Source of the DNA: an uncultured virus (IMG/VR IMGVR_UViG_3300017971_000213)
Lineage: Duplodnaviria; Heunggongvirae; Uroviricota; Caudoviricetes
DNA: 20,000 bases
Direction: 5' to 3' (one strand)
IMG/VR virus record: IMGVR_UViG_3300017971_000213
Coordinates: 109,007-129,006 of that record
This document shows, one piece after another, positions 8,209 to 16,296 of this stretch (positions are counted from its first letter, which is position 1; each line of letters opens with the position of its first letter). The position numbers and the translations under genes are program-made. The notes under the pieces are model-generated. The model was given only the letters and a program-made list of their open reading frames with translations. It ran no database searches and had not been told where the DNA came from.

Positions 8209-8713
8209 CGTCTCCCTCCACGGCTAGGATTTCGTCCATCCTCTGAGTGCCGATGGCCTCTCTGATCTTGGCCAAGTCGGTTTCCATGCGCTGGCACTGC
8301 TCGGACAGTCGATCCCTCTCGTCCCCCAGCTCCGCCCGCACCTCAAGCCCGCGAGTGACATCTCCTCGGAGCTGATTGTTCAGCCTCTTGGCCTCCTTCA
8401 ATAGCTCCTGGGTATCCCTGACCTCCAGACGAGCCTTCTGGGCTACCTCCTTGGCTTTCTCGGCATCTTCGTTCGCCCACTTGACCGCAGCGTCCTCGTT
8501 GAGTCGCATAAGGAATCGTGTAGATGTCGAAGGCACCATCTCGTCTCGGTAAACGGGATTCCCGTACTGGTCCTGGTTCCCGCTCTGGCAAGACTGCATA
8601 CGAGACTCCTGCTCTTGATACACCCCCACGATCTCGTACCCGCAGAGAGACAGCGCGTGAACTTTCTCCTCCTCGACGACCTGAACCTCTCCCGTCAATT
8701 CCATCTTGATCAT
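8201..8713 (-). CDS. Coiled-coil hypothetical protein
   Basis: ATGA overlap; heptad-rich C-terminal half. Confidence 0.6.
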   Translation of the reverse strand: MIKMELTGEVQVVEEEKVHALSLCGYEIVGVYQEQESRMQSCQSGNQDQYGNPVYRDEMVPSTSTRFLMRLNEDAAVKWANEDAEKAKEVAQKARLEVRDTQELLKEAKRLNNQLRGDVTRGLEVRAELGDERDRLSEQCQRMETDLAKIREAIGTQRMDEILAVEGDDV

Positions 8714-9153
8714 TTTCCGTCCTCCTTTTCGTGGAGTTCCTCCCGCAGCTGGATCAACTCTGCCAGCACGGGGTCATCGGGCTCTTCGTACTTCTCAGGT
8801 TCCACGGTCTTGGCCCCTTTGTAGAGGTTGCATTGAGGACACGCCAACTGGAGGTTGGTGAGGTCAAACTCAGCACCTCCCTTGGAGAGAGGTACGATGT
8901 GGTCGACATGGAACTTCTGGTGTCGCCGGATGCGCGAGCCGCAAATCATACAGATACCCCCATCGCGCTCGTAGACGACCCTGCGAACCCTCTTCCAGTC
9001 CGTCCCCATGAAGAAGTCGCGCAGACACTCCCGGCCGCAGAACGACGTTCTCCTGCCGCTCAGGGTCTTCCCGCATACCCTACAAAGACGTCGCCCCTGC
9101 GCGTCCTTACGGTACGGGAACAGCTTCGCATTGCTGTGAACGAGTCGACTCAT
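8710..9153 (-). CDS. HNH endonuclease with N-terminal zinc finger
   Basis: Start revised to ATG 9153. CRVCG...FCGREC, then RDGGICMICG...VDHIVPLSKGG....TNLQLACPQCNLYK. Confidence 0.9.
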   Translation of the reverse strand: MSRLVHSNAKLFPYRKDAQGRRLCRVCGKTLSGRRTSFCGRECLRDFFMGTDWKRVRRVVYERDGGICMICGSRIRRHQKFHVDHIVPLSKGGAEFDLTNLQLACPQCNLYKGAKTVEPEKYEEPDDPVLAELIQLREELHEKEDGK

Positions 9154-9386
9154 TCCGAAAACCCAGCAACCAACGGGAACACCTTGTCGAAGCACTCTCG
9201 GGCATCGACGTACTGCTCCGGACGAACCCTCTTCGGGGTATCCATGAACTCTTCTACGTTCGCGGTGATGCCGAGGTTGACCAGCTCGTCGAAGCACTCG
9301 CAGCAGATGTACCCAAGCCGGTTCGAGTAGCGATCACACATCACGTTGTCGCAACCTGTCCTGTCGCACGCCATCACTCCCATCAT
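9150..9386 (-). CDS. Conserved phage Cys-rich protein
   Basis: MGVMACDRTGCDNVMCDRYS...GYICCECFDEL; ATGA overlap, GAGG SD. Confidence 0.65.
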   Translation of the reverse strand: MMGVMACDRTGCDNVMCDRYSNRLGYICCECFDELVNLGITANVEEFMDTPKRVRPEQYVDARECFDKVFPLVAGFSE

Positions 9387-9664
9387 GCACCTCTCTGAAG
9401 GGGGATCACGGAAAACTTGCACGGAGTCCCGTCGGTCAACCTCTTGATCCGAATCGCCCGTTTGTCTCTCGAAGGACCCAGCTCGATGTACCCAAAACGC
9501 ACTAGCTCGTCGAGATGGTCCTTCACCGTACCTACGTTCCGCAACTGTAGCAGATCTGCGAGCCGGCGGCGCGTCGGAGGATAGCCCATGCGGTCGATAT
9601 AGGAAATCACCGTCTCCAGCACTTCGAGCTGACGGGTGGTCGGTTTTGTACTCTTGAGGGCCAT
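9383..9664 (-). CDS. LexA-like N-terminal winged-helix DNA-binding protein lacking the S24 peptidase domain
   Basis: T.RQLEVL..I...I...GYPPT.R.LA..L......TV..HL..L...GYI.......RAI; only 93 aa. Confidence 0.85.
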   Translation of the reverse strand: MALKSTKPTTRQLEVLETVISYIDRMGYPPTRRRLADLLQLRNVGTVKDHLDELVRFGYIELGPSRDKRAIRIKRLTDGTPCKFSVIPLQRGA

Positions 9665-9667
9665 CGA

Positions 9668-9961
9668 CTACTTCCTTGGATCTGAGCAGATGCTCTCAGT
9701 CGACATGTAACCACCCCTCTGAGAGCGCCGGTTCATCTCCAACGACAGATACACAACTAGCGCAGCCATTCCTTCACAGCGAAGCTTTTCAGCCTTCGTG
9801 CGCGGCTTGGTCGGGTGAATGCACTCGCCCACGTAATACATGTGTGCATCCGACTCAGCGATGTAGTAGCCGATCTCCTTGCAGTCGCTCTTCGAGTACT
9901 CCCCGTCGCCCTTGGCCGACAGGCAGAGCACGGCCAGTATCAGTAAGAAACACACTCGCAC
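9668..9961 (-). CDS. Putative exported protein
   Basis: Signal-peptide-like N-terminus MRVCFLLILAVLCLSA; GGAGG SD. Confidence 0.55.
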   Translation of the reverse strand: MRVCFLLILAVLCLSAKGDGEYSKSDCKEIGYYIAESDAHMYYVGECIHPTKPRTKAEKLRCEGMAALVVYLSLEMNRRSQRGGYMSTESICSDPRK

Positions 9962-9962
9962 G

Positions 9963-10283
9963 TCAGCCCTCCTGTTCCTTCCCTCGGAGTAGGGAGATGA
10001 GCGTACAGGAGAGGCAGCCAGAGCCGTCCTTTCTGTCGATGCAGCCGATCTCCTTGTACAGCTCCGAAAAGACCTTGCGGGATTCCTCCAGTCGACCCTC
10101 CAGCTCTTCGAGGCGACACCACGGGCAGTTCTCTTTCGGGACGTAGCCTACCCCGTCACATCCGGGACGAATGACCTCGGTAAAACCATGTTTGGGGCAC
10201 CGAATCGCAACCGACAGCACAAAGTCTCTCTTGCAGTCGGTCATGTCGGCATCCTTGTCAGCAATTCGCAGCTTTTCTGCCAC
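9963..10283 (-). CDS. Cys-rich hypothetical protein
   Basis: CPKHG, CPWC and CLSC motifs; start uncertain. Confidence 0.55.
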   Translation of the reverse strand: MAEKLRIADKDADMTDCKRDFVLSVAIRCPKHGFTEVIRPGCDGVGYVPKENCPWCRLEELEGRLEESRKVFSELYKEIGCIDRKDGSGCLSCTLISLLRGKEQEG

Positions 10284-10696
10284 GCCCAGTGCTTCTCAAG
10301 ATCTCCAGGCTTGTTCTTACGGATGTACCCAGCGCCAGCGAGTCCCGTAGGGACACCTGGGAGGCGAAACTGCTCTTGTCGGCAGTTACCCACCGCAGTT
10401 CTTGCCATCATGAACGAACCCGCTAGCGAGTCTTCGTACATCGCCTCTTCGGCTTCGAAATCATGCTCCCACTGGTCATCGTCTTCACAGGTGTAATCGA
10501 ATGGATCTTTGGTACGCACTGGTTTCCCGATGACACCGATTTTTACCAACGTATCTGCCGCCGCGCAGTCATGGCAGCACGGGTTGCCTTCTAGGTCGAG
10601 CGGAGCATCGGCTCCCTCTGGCAGCGGCATGATGGCTTCCTTGCGGATCGCCCCATTCATGTGCGCGTTGATACAGCGCGGACACGGATCTTGCAT
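10241..10696 (-). CDS. Hypothetical protein with Cys motifs
   Basis: Start revised to ATG 10696 (GGAGG SD). CPRC...CCHDC. Confidence 0.6.
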   Translation of the reverse strand: MQDPCPRCINAHMNGAIRKEAIMPLPEGADAPLDLEGNPCCHDCAAADTLVKIGVIGKPVRTKDPFDYTCEDDDQWEHDFEAEEAMYEDSLAGSFMMARTAVGNCRQEQFRLPGVPTGLAGAGYIRKNKPGDLEKHWAWQKSCELLTRMPT

Positions 10697-10830
10697 CACT
10701 TCTCCCTCCACTCCAGCATCGGTCTGGTCGATTCGACGCGTACCCCACACCGCAAGCGGTGTCCCTGGGACGACCCTCCCTACGCGTCATATCCAGTCCT
10801 CCTCGTACAAACCCACATAACAGCCTGACC

Positions 10831-10860
10831 TATATAGCACAGGGGCACACCGGGTGTCAA
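10831..10860 (-). promoter_or_regulatory. Sigma70-like promoter (TTGACA-N18-TATATA)
   Basis: Shares CTGTGCTATATAGG with the cas promoter; intergenic. Confidence 0.75.
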
Positions 10861-10876
10861 GAAGAGGGTCGAAAAG

Positions 10877-11167
10877 TCACCTCTGCGGGTGACTACGCCC
10901 CTCGAAGTAGCAGTCCGAAGCGTCGTCGGGGTCCAGGCCAGCGACCAAGGCCAAGTCATTGGCATCAAGGACGCCCTTCGCGGCCAAGACCTCACAGAGC
11001 TTAGAAAACGCCGACGCGATCAGATCAACGCTCGGAGCCGTCAGTGTAGGGTAGTGGCTATTTGAATTCTGATACACGTACACCGAGGACTGGATGAACT
11101 CCTTGACGGGTTTGACCAACTCCCCCTCAACGGGGTCGGGGTATACGATTCTGGTGCTGTCGGTCAT
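10877..11167 (-). CDS. Hypothetical phage protein
   Basis: GGAG SD; fits tiling. Confidence 0.55.
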   Translation of the reverse strand: MTDSTRIVYPDPVEGELVKPVKEFIQSSVYVYQNSNSHYPTLTAPSVDLIASAFSKLCEVLAAKGVLDANDLALVAGLDPDDASDCYFEGRSHPQR

Positions 11168-11168
11168 G

Positions 11169-11441
11169 TCACTTCTCCATGGATTCGAGTTCTTTCCTGA
11201 AGCTCGGTAGTCGCGCGATCATGAGACGGCAGCTGTTTGCCTTATCCGTGGGCCACAGCTTTTTCCACAAGCGGAAATACCAAGAGACCTCGCGAAACAG
11301 GAAGACCGGACGTGCGTCAGTCAGCTCGTCGAACATCTCGTCACCCAGGTAGCCCTCCTTCCAGAGCCACGCTATCATCTTCATCCCCGCATCTGTGGCA
11401 AGATCCTCGATGTCGTGCTCTGTGTACGAGTATATATGCAT
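11169..11441 (-). CDS. Hypothetical phage protein
   Basis: Start revised to ATG 11441 (TGA-G-ATG junction). Confidence 0.6.
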   Translation of the reverse strand: MHIYSYTEHDIEDLATDAGMKMIAWLWKEGYLGDEMFDELTDARPVFLFREVSWYFRLWKKLWPTDKANSCRLMIARLPSFRKELESMEK

Positions 11442-11442
11442 C

Positions 11443-11892
11443 TCAGTGTTTCTCCTTTCCGAAGCAGTCGTAGCAGGCATACCCTTCGCACGCCTCTTTC
11501 GTGTGAGGGGTGACGTGAGCTGGATGCCAGCCCCTGCGCATCTCTGCTATCTCGGACTCACAGGTCATCAACGACTCGTAGACGTAGTCGCAGCGCCGCA
11601 TCTCCTTGTCAGCCTGCTCCTGCCAATCAACGAGCGTGTCCCAGCAAACGATCTCACGAGACTCTTCGACGTACCGTTCGATGTCCTCCTGGCACTCGAC
11701 CCACGCATGCTTCCAGTACATCACACGCTCGGTCTCGGGCTCGAACTCGGAGAACGAACTACACTCCTCGAACAGGTCCTTGTACTGCTTGACCTCGTGC
11801 TTCCACTGGAACCAGTTGAACGCCCACATACCAAGAAGCACCGTGTACGCGACGATCAAGATGTTCCACCGTCTTCGGTAATAATCATTCAC
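11443..11892 (-). CDS. Membrane-anchored Cys-dotted coiled-coil protein
   Basis: N-terminal TM WNILIVAYTVLLGMWAF. Similar architecture to 6309-6977. Confidence 0.6.
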   Translation of the reverse strand: MNDYYRRRWNILIVAYTVLLGMWAFNWFQWKHEVKQYKDLFEECSSFSEFEPETERVMYWKHAWVECQEDIERYVEESREIVCWDTLVDWQEQADKEMRRCDYVYESLMTCESEIAEMRRGWHPAHVTPHTKEACEGYACYDCFGKEKH

Positions 11893-11933
11893 GGACTACC
11901 ACCACCTTTCCGAGAGCACGATTGCGCCCATGA

Positions 11934-12119
11934 TCAGACCCACGAACCAACCATACCCGGACTCGCCCTGAGAAGAATCCACAGCATCTGTACGACCGGG
12001 TTCTCGAAGCCGCTAGTCACTTGAAACCACCAGACAGATGCGCCGAACAAAGCAACTATCGCCAGGACGTACAGCAATTTGCAGACGATCTCGACCACCA
12101 GTTTCTGTACCGAAGTCAC
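11934..12119 (-). CDS. Small membrane protein
   Basis: Two hydrophobic segments; GGAGG SD. Confidence 0.5.
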   Translation of the reverse strand: MTSVQKLVVEIVCKLLYVLAIVALFGASVWWFQVTSGFENPVVQMLWILLRASPGMVGSWV

Positions 12120-12725
12120 CTAGCCCTCCTCGACCTCAGAAAGTACATCGCAACGGCAACCCGCGTTCTTCCCAGTCTTCTGCATGTCCACTTGGCGTGT
12201 TGCTATCGAGTCGATGAAGTCCTTGTCCCACAGAACATCGATCTCCCGTTTCGAGACCTTCTTAGCCTCTTCAACCGTGAAGACATGAGCGTCTTCGAGA
12301 TGAGTCGTATAGCCTGCGTAGTCCTTGGCCCACCACAGAATGCAGTTGCCGACAGGCCCACGGTTCTGCATGTAGTAGAGCTTCTCCTCCCCCGAAGATC
12401 TCCCACACTGTACGTCAGGGTACTCCCACGGAAGAGGCTCGACACCGCGTAGGCGCTGTAAGGTTTCGTAGCGGTCGTTCTCTGCATCTCCGACAAAGGT
12501 GTCGTGCCACCCGTAGTCGTAGTGCCGGCACTGGAAGTGCATGCACCTTCCGTCCTCTACGAGATCTCCATGCTCGGCCGGCATGTCGCACCAGTCGCAG
12601 GTAGGTGGATTCTCCGCCAGGAACGCCTTGCACGCCTTCTCGCACTCCTCGGCCTCTTCGTAGGTCGAGTGCTCCGTGTAGCAGTACTCGCAGCTCCAAG
12701 GTATGTCGTCTATCCTAGTCGGCAT
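12120..12725 (-). CDS. Cys-rich conserved phage protein
   Basis: Start revised to ATG 12725 (GGAGG SD). CEYC...EEAEECE and CDWC motifs; C-terminal VGNCILWWAK...GYTT.L..AHVFT.EEA motif. Confidence 0.65.
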   Translation of the reverse strand: MPTRIDDIPWSCEYCYTEHSTYEEAEECEKACKAFLAENPPTCDWCDMPAEHGDLVEDGRCMHFQCRHYDYGWHDTFVGDAENDRYETLQRLRGVEPLPWEYPDVQCGRSSGEEKLYYMQNRGPVGNCILWWAKDYAGYTTHLEDAHVFTVEEAKKVSKREIDVLWDKDFIDSIATRQVDMQKTGKNAGCRCDVLSEVEEG

Positions 12726-12873
12726 CCCATCCTCCCTCTTTCTCCAGCTCCCCCAGGGAACCGAGAATCTCCCGCAGGCTGTCATACGAAGTACGACTGT
12801 CGCACCCCCGCTGCTTCTCTGTCCACTCCCGCACTTCGCGCAGTTTAGCTTCGGCAACTTCGGCACGGGCCGT
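12715..12873 (-). pseudogene. Start-less C-terminal remnant of a paralogue of the 14531-15166 gene
   Basis: Frame reads TARAEVAEAKLREVREW...LREILG...WDAD*, versus ARTERAEAKLEAVREW in 14531-15166. It is preceded directly by TAA and a hairpin. Confidence 0.5.
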
Positions 12874-12884
12874 TTAATTTAGTC

Positions 12885-12939
12885 GGGGTGCTGCGTCGGG
12901 TTGGAGAGTCGTCCTAAACAGGTTATGACGCAGCACCCC
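12885..12939. repeat. 13-bp perfect inverted repeat with a 29-nt spacer
   Basis: GGGGTGCTGCGTC (12885-12897) and GACGCAGCACCCC (12927-12939), intergenic. Confidence 0.85.
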
Positions 12940-12944
12940 ATGTT

Positions 12945-13238
12945 TCAGTCCTTCCTCTTCGCACCCTCGATGATCATGAGTGCGTACGCGACAGCCCGAC
13001 GGTACTCGATCTCTCCCTGTTCCCCGAGAGCCACAGAGCGTGAGCATTCCAGCAACCGACCCTCAATCCTGTCGACGACCTTCTTCCACTTTGCCCTATC
13101 GTGCCAGCGTGTCGCAACCTTGAGCCGAGAGGACTTGTCCAGAAGGTCACGCCCGGCGTCAAGAGCTTCTGCGGCCGACTTGAGCACCTCTCGCGCCGCC
13201 AGTTCCACGTCTTCGTCGTAGAAACTCACTTCAGCCAT
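12945..13238 (-). CDS. Hypothetical phage protein
   Basis: Start revised to ATG 13238 (GGAG SD). Confidence 0.6.
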   Translation of the reverse strand: MAEVSFYDEDVELAAREVLKSAAEALDAGRDLLDKSSRLKVATRWHDRAKWKKVVDRIEGRLLECSRSVALGEQGEIEYRRAVAYALMIIEGAKRKD

Positions 13239-13464
13239 TATCTCTCCGCTGGTACTCACCGCACCATTCGTCATCTTTGACGGGAGGCCAACCTGAGACG
13301 ACATGCTTGGACGTGATGAATGATGGCCTGAAGGACTTCCGGAATTCATCTTTGGTCGCGCCGTACACTGGCCACGTCATGCGCGGCGACTTCTTATGGC
13401 ACTCGTTGTTGCGGCAGAAGCGGCAGTTCTTGCAGCTTTCTTTATCGACTTTTCTTTTGGTCAT
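13231..13464 (-). CDS. Conserved phage Cys-rich protein
   Basis: CKNCRFC...C...P...WPPV...EWCGEY pattern; ATG 13464 with GGAGG SD. Confidence 0.65.
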   Translation of the reverse strand: MTKRKVDKESCKNCRFCRNNECHKKSPRMTWPVYGATKDEFRKSFRPSFITSKHVVSGWPPVKDDEWCGEYQRRDNG

Positions 13465-13729
13465 CGTCTTCCTCCTCGGGCGCGTGAGTGGGGGCGGTGT
13501 TGAGTTGCTCGCGAATCTGCTGGGCACACTCGCGGGGCGACCACTCTCGGCACCGTGGCCTCTCACACAACCTGGCGGCTTCCTCTAGAGCGTCGGACCT
13601 CGCCGCCGCCAACGTCGCCCGCGCCTCGTCCCGCTCGCGCTCCAACTCTGCGATCTGCTCGTCTACGCAATCTCCGCAACGGCAACGCGGGCCTGCTAAT
13701 GCGCCGTGCCTCATGCAGGTGTACTCCAT
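13442..13729 (-). CDS. Hypothetical protein (ERERDEAR coiled coil)
   Basis: Start revised to ATG 13729 in a GGAGGACTGAGATG junction. Confidence 0.6.
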   Translation of the reverse strand: MEYTCMRHGALAGPRCRCGDCVDEQIAELERERDEARATLAAARSDALEEAARLCERPRCREWSPRECAQQIREQLNTAPTHAPEEEDDDQKKSR

Positions 13730-13730
13730 C

Positions 13731-13943
13731 TCAGTCCTCCTCGACAATGACCGTATAGCCGCTGCGGGACTCGGTACCAATGCGGTCTGGGCGCACCCAA
13801 GTCTTAGAGGTCCCCCAGTTGACCCGTACACGACCGAGGTGTTCAACATCAGAACCCTTTTCGATCACCGCCCCCTTCCGGTAGCTACACCGGGGATCGT
13901 TGTCCTGGATGACCATACCGATCTTGACATCTTCGAACTTCAT
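13731..13943 (-). CDS. Small SH3-like beta protein
   Basis: VKIGMVI...GAVIE...RVRVNW...TWVRP; AGGAG SD. Confidence 0.55.
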   Translation of the reverse strand: MKFEDVKIGMVIQDNDPRCSYRKGAVIEKGSDVEHLGRVRVNWGTSKTWVRPDRIGTESRSGYTVIVEED

Positions 13944-13954
13944 TCACGCGCTCC

Positions 13955-14182
13955 TTACTCTACGTAGCATAGTCCCCCACCCATCCCGCCAGTACACAGC
14001 AAGCCCACTACACCGACGAATATCAGCGTCCCGGACACGCCTCCCCACCAGTAGGTGAAGATTTGGTCCTGTCTGCGCGCTGGGTGGATGAACGCAAAGG
14101 GGATGAGGCAGAACGGGAGCGCAGCGGCACCCAAGTAGCCGAGTATGAACGACCACCCGAACAAGGTACGTAGCAGTTCCAC
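13955..14182 (-). CDS. Small two-TM membrane protein
   Basis: Two hydrophobic segments; GGAG SD. Confidence 0.55.
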   Translation of the reverse strand: MELLRTLFGWSFILGYLGAAALPFCLIPFAFIHPARRQDQIFTYWWGGVSGTLIFVGVVGLLCTGGMGGGLCYVE

Positions 14183-14187
14183 GGCCC

Positions 14188-14541
14188 CTACTCCCCCTTC
14201 AGCGACTGGTCGTCCTCAGTCCCGAGGATGACATCCAGATCGTCCCAGACAATCGCCTGGAGCGGCCCCCTGTTCAGCTCCGCCCACTTCCTCACCTCGG
14301 ATAGCCTTGAGCGCACCTCGGTCACCTCGCGCTCGGCTGCGGAAAGCTTGTCCCGCGTTTCGCCATGCCACTTGACCTCATAGCCGTGGTCGCGCTTCCA
14401 CCCGTCCCGCTCGCGCAGCGCGTCTCTATACCATGGTGACTTTTTGACGCACTCCTCGCATACGTAGTCGTTGTGCTTCCCAAACAGCTTGCTGTCGTCG
14501 TGCGGATATGTTTTGCAGATCGCGCAGTATTTATCGCTCAT
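14188..14541 (-). CDS. Zinc-finger plus coiled-coil hypothetical protein
   Basis: CAIC...VCEECV, then coiled coil. Confidence 0.6.
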   Translation of the reverse strand: MSDKYCAICKTYPHDDSKLFGKHNDYVCEECVKKSPWYRDALRERDGWKRDHGYEVKWHGETRDKLSAAEREVTEVRSRLSEVRKWAELNRGPLQAIVWDDLDVILGTEDDQSLKGE

Positions 14542-15166
14542 CGTCTTGCTCCTCGGGCGCGGGGGTGGTGAGGATGCAGCCTAATTCTAACCAATCTTGT
14601 TGTGTCAAGCCCCCGTAAACCAGTGGGCTGCGTTTCTTCTTCCACTCCCTCACCGCCTCCAGCTTCGCCTCTGCTCTCTCGGTGCGCGCGCGGAGTCGTA
14701 CATTTTCGTCAAACATCCTGGTGTAGTCGTCCTCCCAGCACTCGCACGAATAGGCCAGGTCATCGCATGCTTCCCGTGCCTCGTCTCGCTCGCGCTCGGC
14801 TTTTAAGGCACGTTCGCGCATAGTGTCCAACGCATCTTCTTTTGTCACATGGTATGACATCTCAGTCCTCCTCGGGCACGTCGAGCGCAAGAAATGCAAC
14901 TGCCCAATCTCCCGGTCCCGCTCCTCGATCACGCGCGCATCAGCAGCCCTCACTGCTGCCACGGCATCGGCCAGAGACAGGTGCTCGTGATCGCGCCCGA
15001 TACTCTCGGAGTATACGCGAGCTATCTCCCGGTCCCGCTCCTCTACGGCAGCGAGGGCGCGGAGTATGTCTTCATTCGTCCACTCGCAACAATCGTCTGG
15101 CTCCTCTGTAGCGTACTGCCGGTACTCTACGATCTCCTCCGCCGTCAGCGGCTTGTATTCAGTCAT
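14531..15166 (-). CDS. Coiled-coil phage protein, probably chimeric (internal SD-ATG at 14860)
   Basis: Start revised to ATG 15166. A 20-bp direct repeat (14907-14926, 15024-15043) encodes EERDREI twice. Contains an internal GGAGGACTGAGATG. Confidence 0.6.
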   Translation of the reverse strand: MTEYKPLTAEEIVEYRQYATEEPDDCCEWTNEDILRALAAVEERDREIARVYSESIGRDHEHLSLADAVAAVRAADARVIEERDREIGQLHFLRSTCPRRTEMSYHVTKEDALDTMRERALKAERERDEAREACDDLAYSCECWEDDYTRMFDENVRLRARTERAEAKLEAVREWKKKRSPLVYGGLTQQDWLELGCILTTPAPEEQDDER

Positions 15167-15390
15167 CGCGCATCCCCACACTTCCGCATCTCCCGATGCC
15201 CCTGCACCCACTCCTGGAGAGTCTTCTCACGGTACTTGCCGTGGTACTGTGCAAACCACAGCGCCACCTCTTCTAGAGTGACACGACGTTCGACCTCGGG
15301 ACCGAGACGAAGCAGCTCTCCCTCAATGGACTCGATGACATCTGCGGGAGCGTTTTCCGTCATCCACATCAGCGCGTTGCTTAGATCCAT
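15163..15390 (-). CDS. Hypothetical phage protein
   Basis: GAGGAG SD; ATGA overlap with the next gene. Confidence 0.55.
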   Translation of the reverse strand: MDLSNALMWMTENAPADVIESIEGELLRLGPEVERRVTLEEVALWFAQYHGKYREKTLQEWVQGHREMRKCGDAR

Positions 15391-15652
15391 CTCGGTTCTC
15401 CTCGTCTACGGCGACAATCACCCCCACCCACTCATTGGGGTAGTTGAAACGCAGATCACGAACGTTTCCAATGAGCACTCCGTCAACTGACGCGCTGCCG
15501 TCGTCCTTCCCTGAAAAAGAAATCCCCACCTTGAGTGGACCGTGACTGCGAAAGTCGTCCCTACTGTGATAGGTGTGACGGTTGGCGTAGGTCACGACAG
15601 GCAGCTCGGGGTCCACCTGCCTGAGCACCTCAATCAGTTCCTTGACCTTCAT
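15323..15652 (-). CDS. Hypothetical phage protein (MKVKELIE.L...DPELPV N-terminus)
   Basis: Start revised to ATG 15652; common phage small-protein N-terminus. Confidence 0.65.
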   Translation of the reverse strand: MKVKELIEVLRQVDPELPVVTYANRHTYHSRDDFRSHGPLKVGISFSGKDDGSASVDGVLIGNVRDLRFNYPNEWVGVIVAVDEENRDGSKQRADVDDGKRSRRCHRVH

Positions 15653-15653
15653 C

Positions 15654-16124
15654 TCAGCCCTCCTCGCTCGTGGCCAGTGCGTAGACCATCTCGGGCACGG
15701 TACACTTCTCCTCCGAAGGCCAAGGCCACTCGGCCTTCTTGAAGCACTCGGGACAGATACGATGGCCAGACTGAACACCGTCGGCGGCCTTCGCCATGCG
15801 ACCACACCTCGAACAAACCCAAAGAGGTCCTCCGAGCAACTTCGACAATCGCTCCAGGGTATCTTGGTTCAGAACGCTGAAGCGGCTCTCGTGTTCGAGT
15901 ATATTCTGACGCTCTGTGAGGCCCTGCACCATCCGTTCCAGCGCCCGCCTCTCCTGTGAGGCCTGCTGGTGCATATCTCGGAGAGTCAGGCAGCGGGCCT
16001 GGAGATTGGCAACACTCAGCTTCAAGCCCTCGCGGTCTTTGATCGTCGCGCGCAGCGCCGCCGACATTGCATCGATCTCATCGAGGATCTCAGCCTTGGT
16101 CCGTCTGTCCTTCGCATCACCCAT
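15654..16124 (-). CDS. Coiled-coil plus zinc-ribbon hypothetical protein
   Basis: CSRCG...ICPECF; GGAGGACTGAGATG junction. Confidence 0.65.
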   Translation of the reverse strand: MGDAKDRRTKAEILDEIDAMSAALRATIKDREGLKLSVANLQARCLTLRDMHQQASQERRALERMVQGLTERQNILEHESRFSVLNQDTLERLSKLLGGPLWVCSRCGRMAKAADGVQSGHRICPECFKKAEWPWPSEEKCTVPEMVYALATSEEG

Positions 16125-16125
16125 C

Positions 16126-16188
16126 TCAGTCCTCCTTCTTCATCCGCAGCAGATCCGTACCGCCACCGGAAAACCGAACATTGCCCAT
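16126..16188 (-). CDS. 20-aa micro-ORF coupled to the downstream gene
   Basis: GGAGG SD, MGNVRFSGGGTDLLRMKKED*, stop within TGA-G-ATG; first ORF after the promoter. Confidence 0.4.
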   Translation of the reverse strand: MGNVRFSGGGTDLLRMKKED

Positions 16189-16228
16189 CGTTTCGATCCT
16201 CCGTACCAGATCACGTACGACCCTCTAT

Positions 16229-16258
16229 GCTATATCATAGGTCCAAGGTTCCTGTCAA
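16229..16258 (-). promoter_or_regulatory. Sigma70-like promoter (TTGACA-N18-TATAGC) just beyond the array trailer
   Basis: Shares CCTATGATATAGC with the 7774-7802 promoter. Confidence 0.75.
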
Positions 16259-16296
16259 GCAGAAATCTTCTCACTGTCACAGACCATTCCACTACC

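Noticed and set aside
1..16200. Stop-codon reassignment explaining the many short genes
   Set aside because: TGA, TAG and TAA all end genes right at SD-led starts of the next gene, and recognisable domains are uninterrupted in the standard code.
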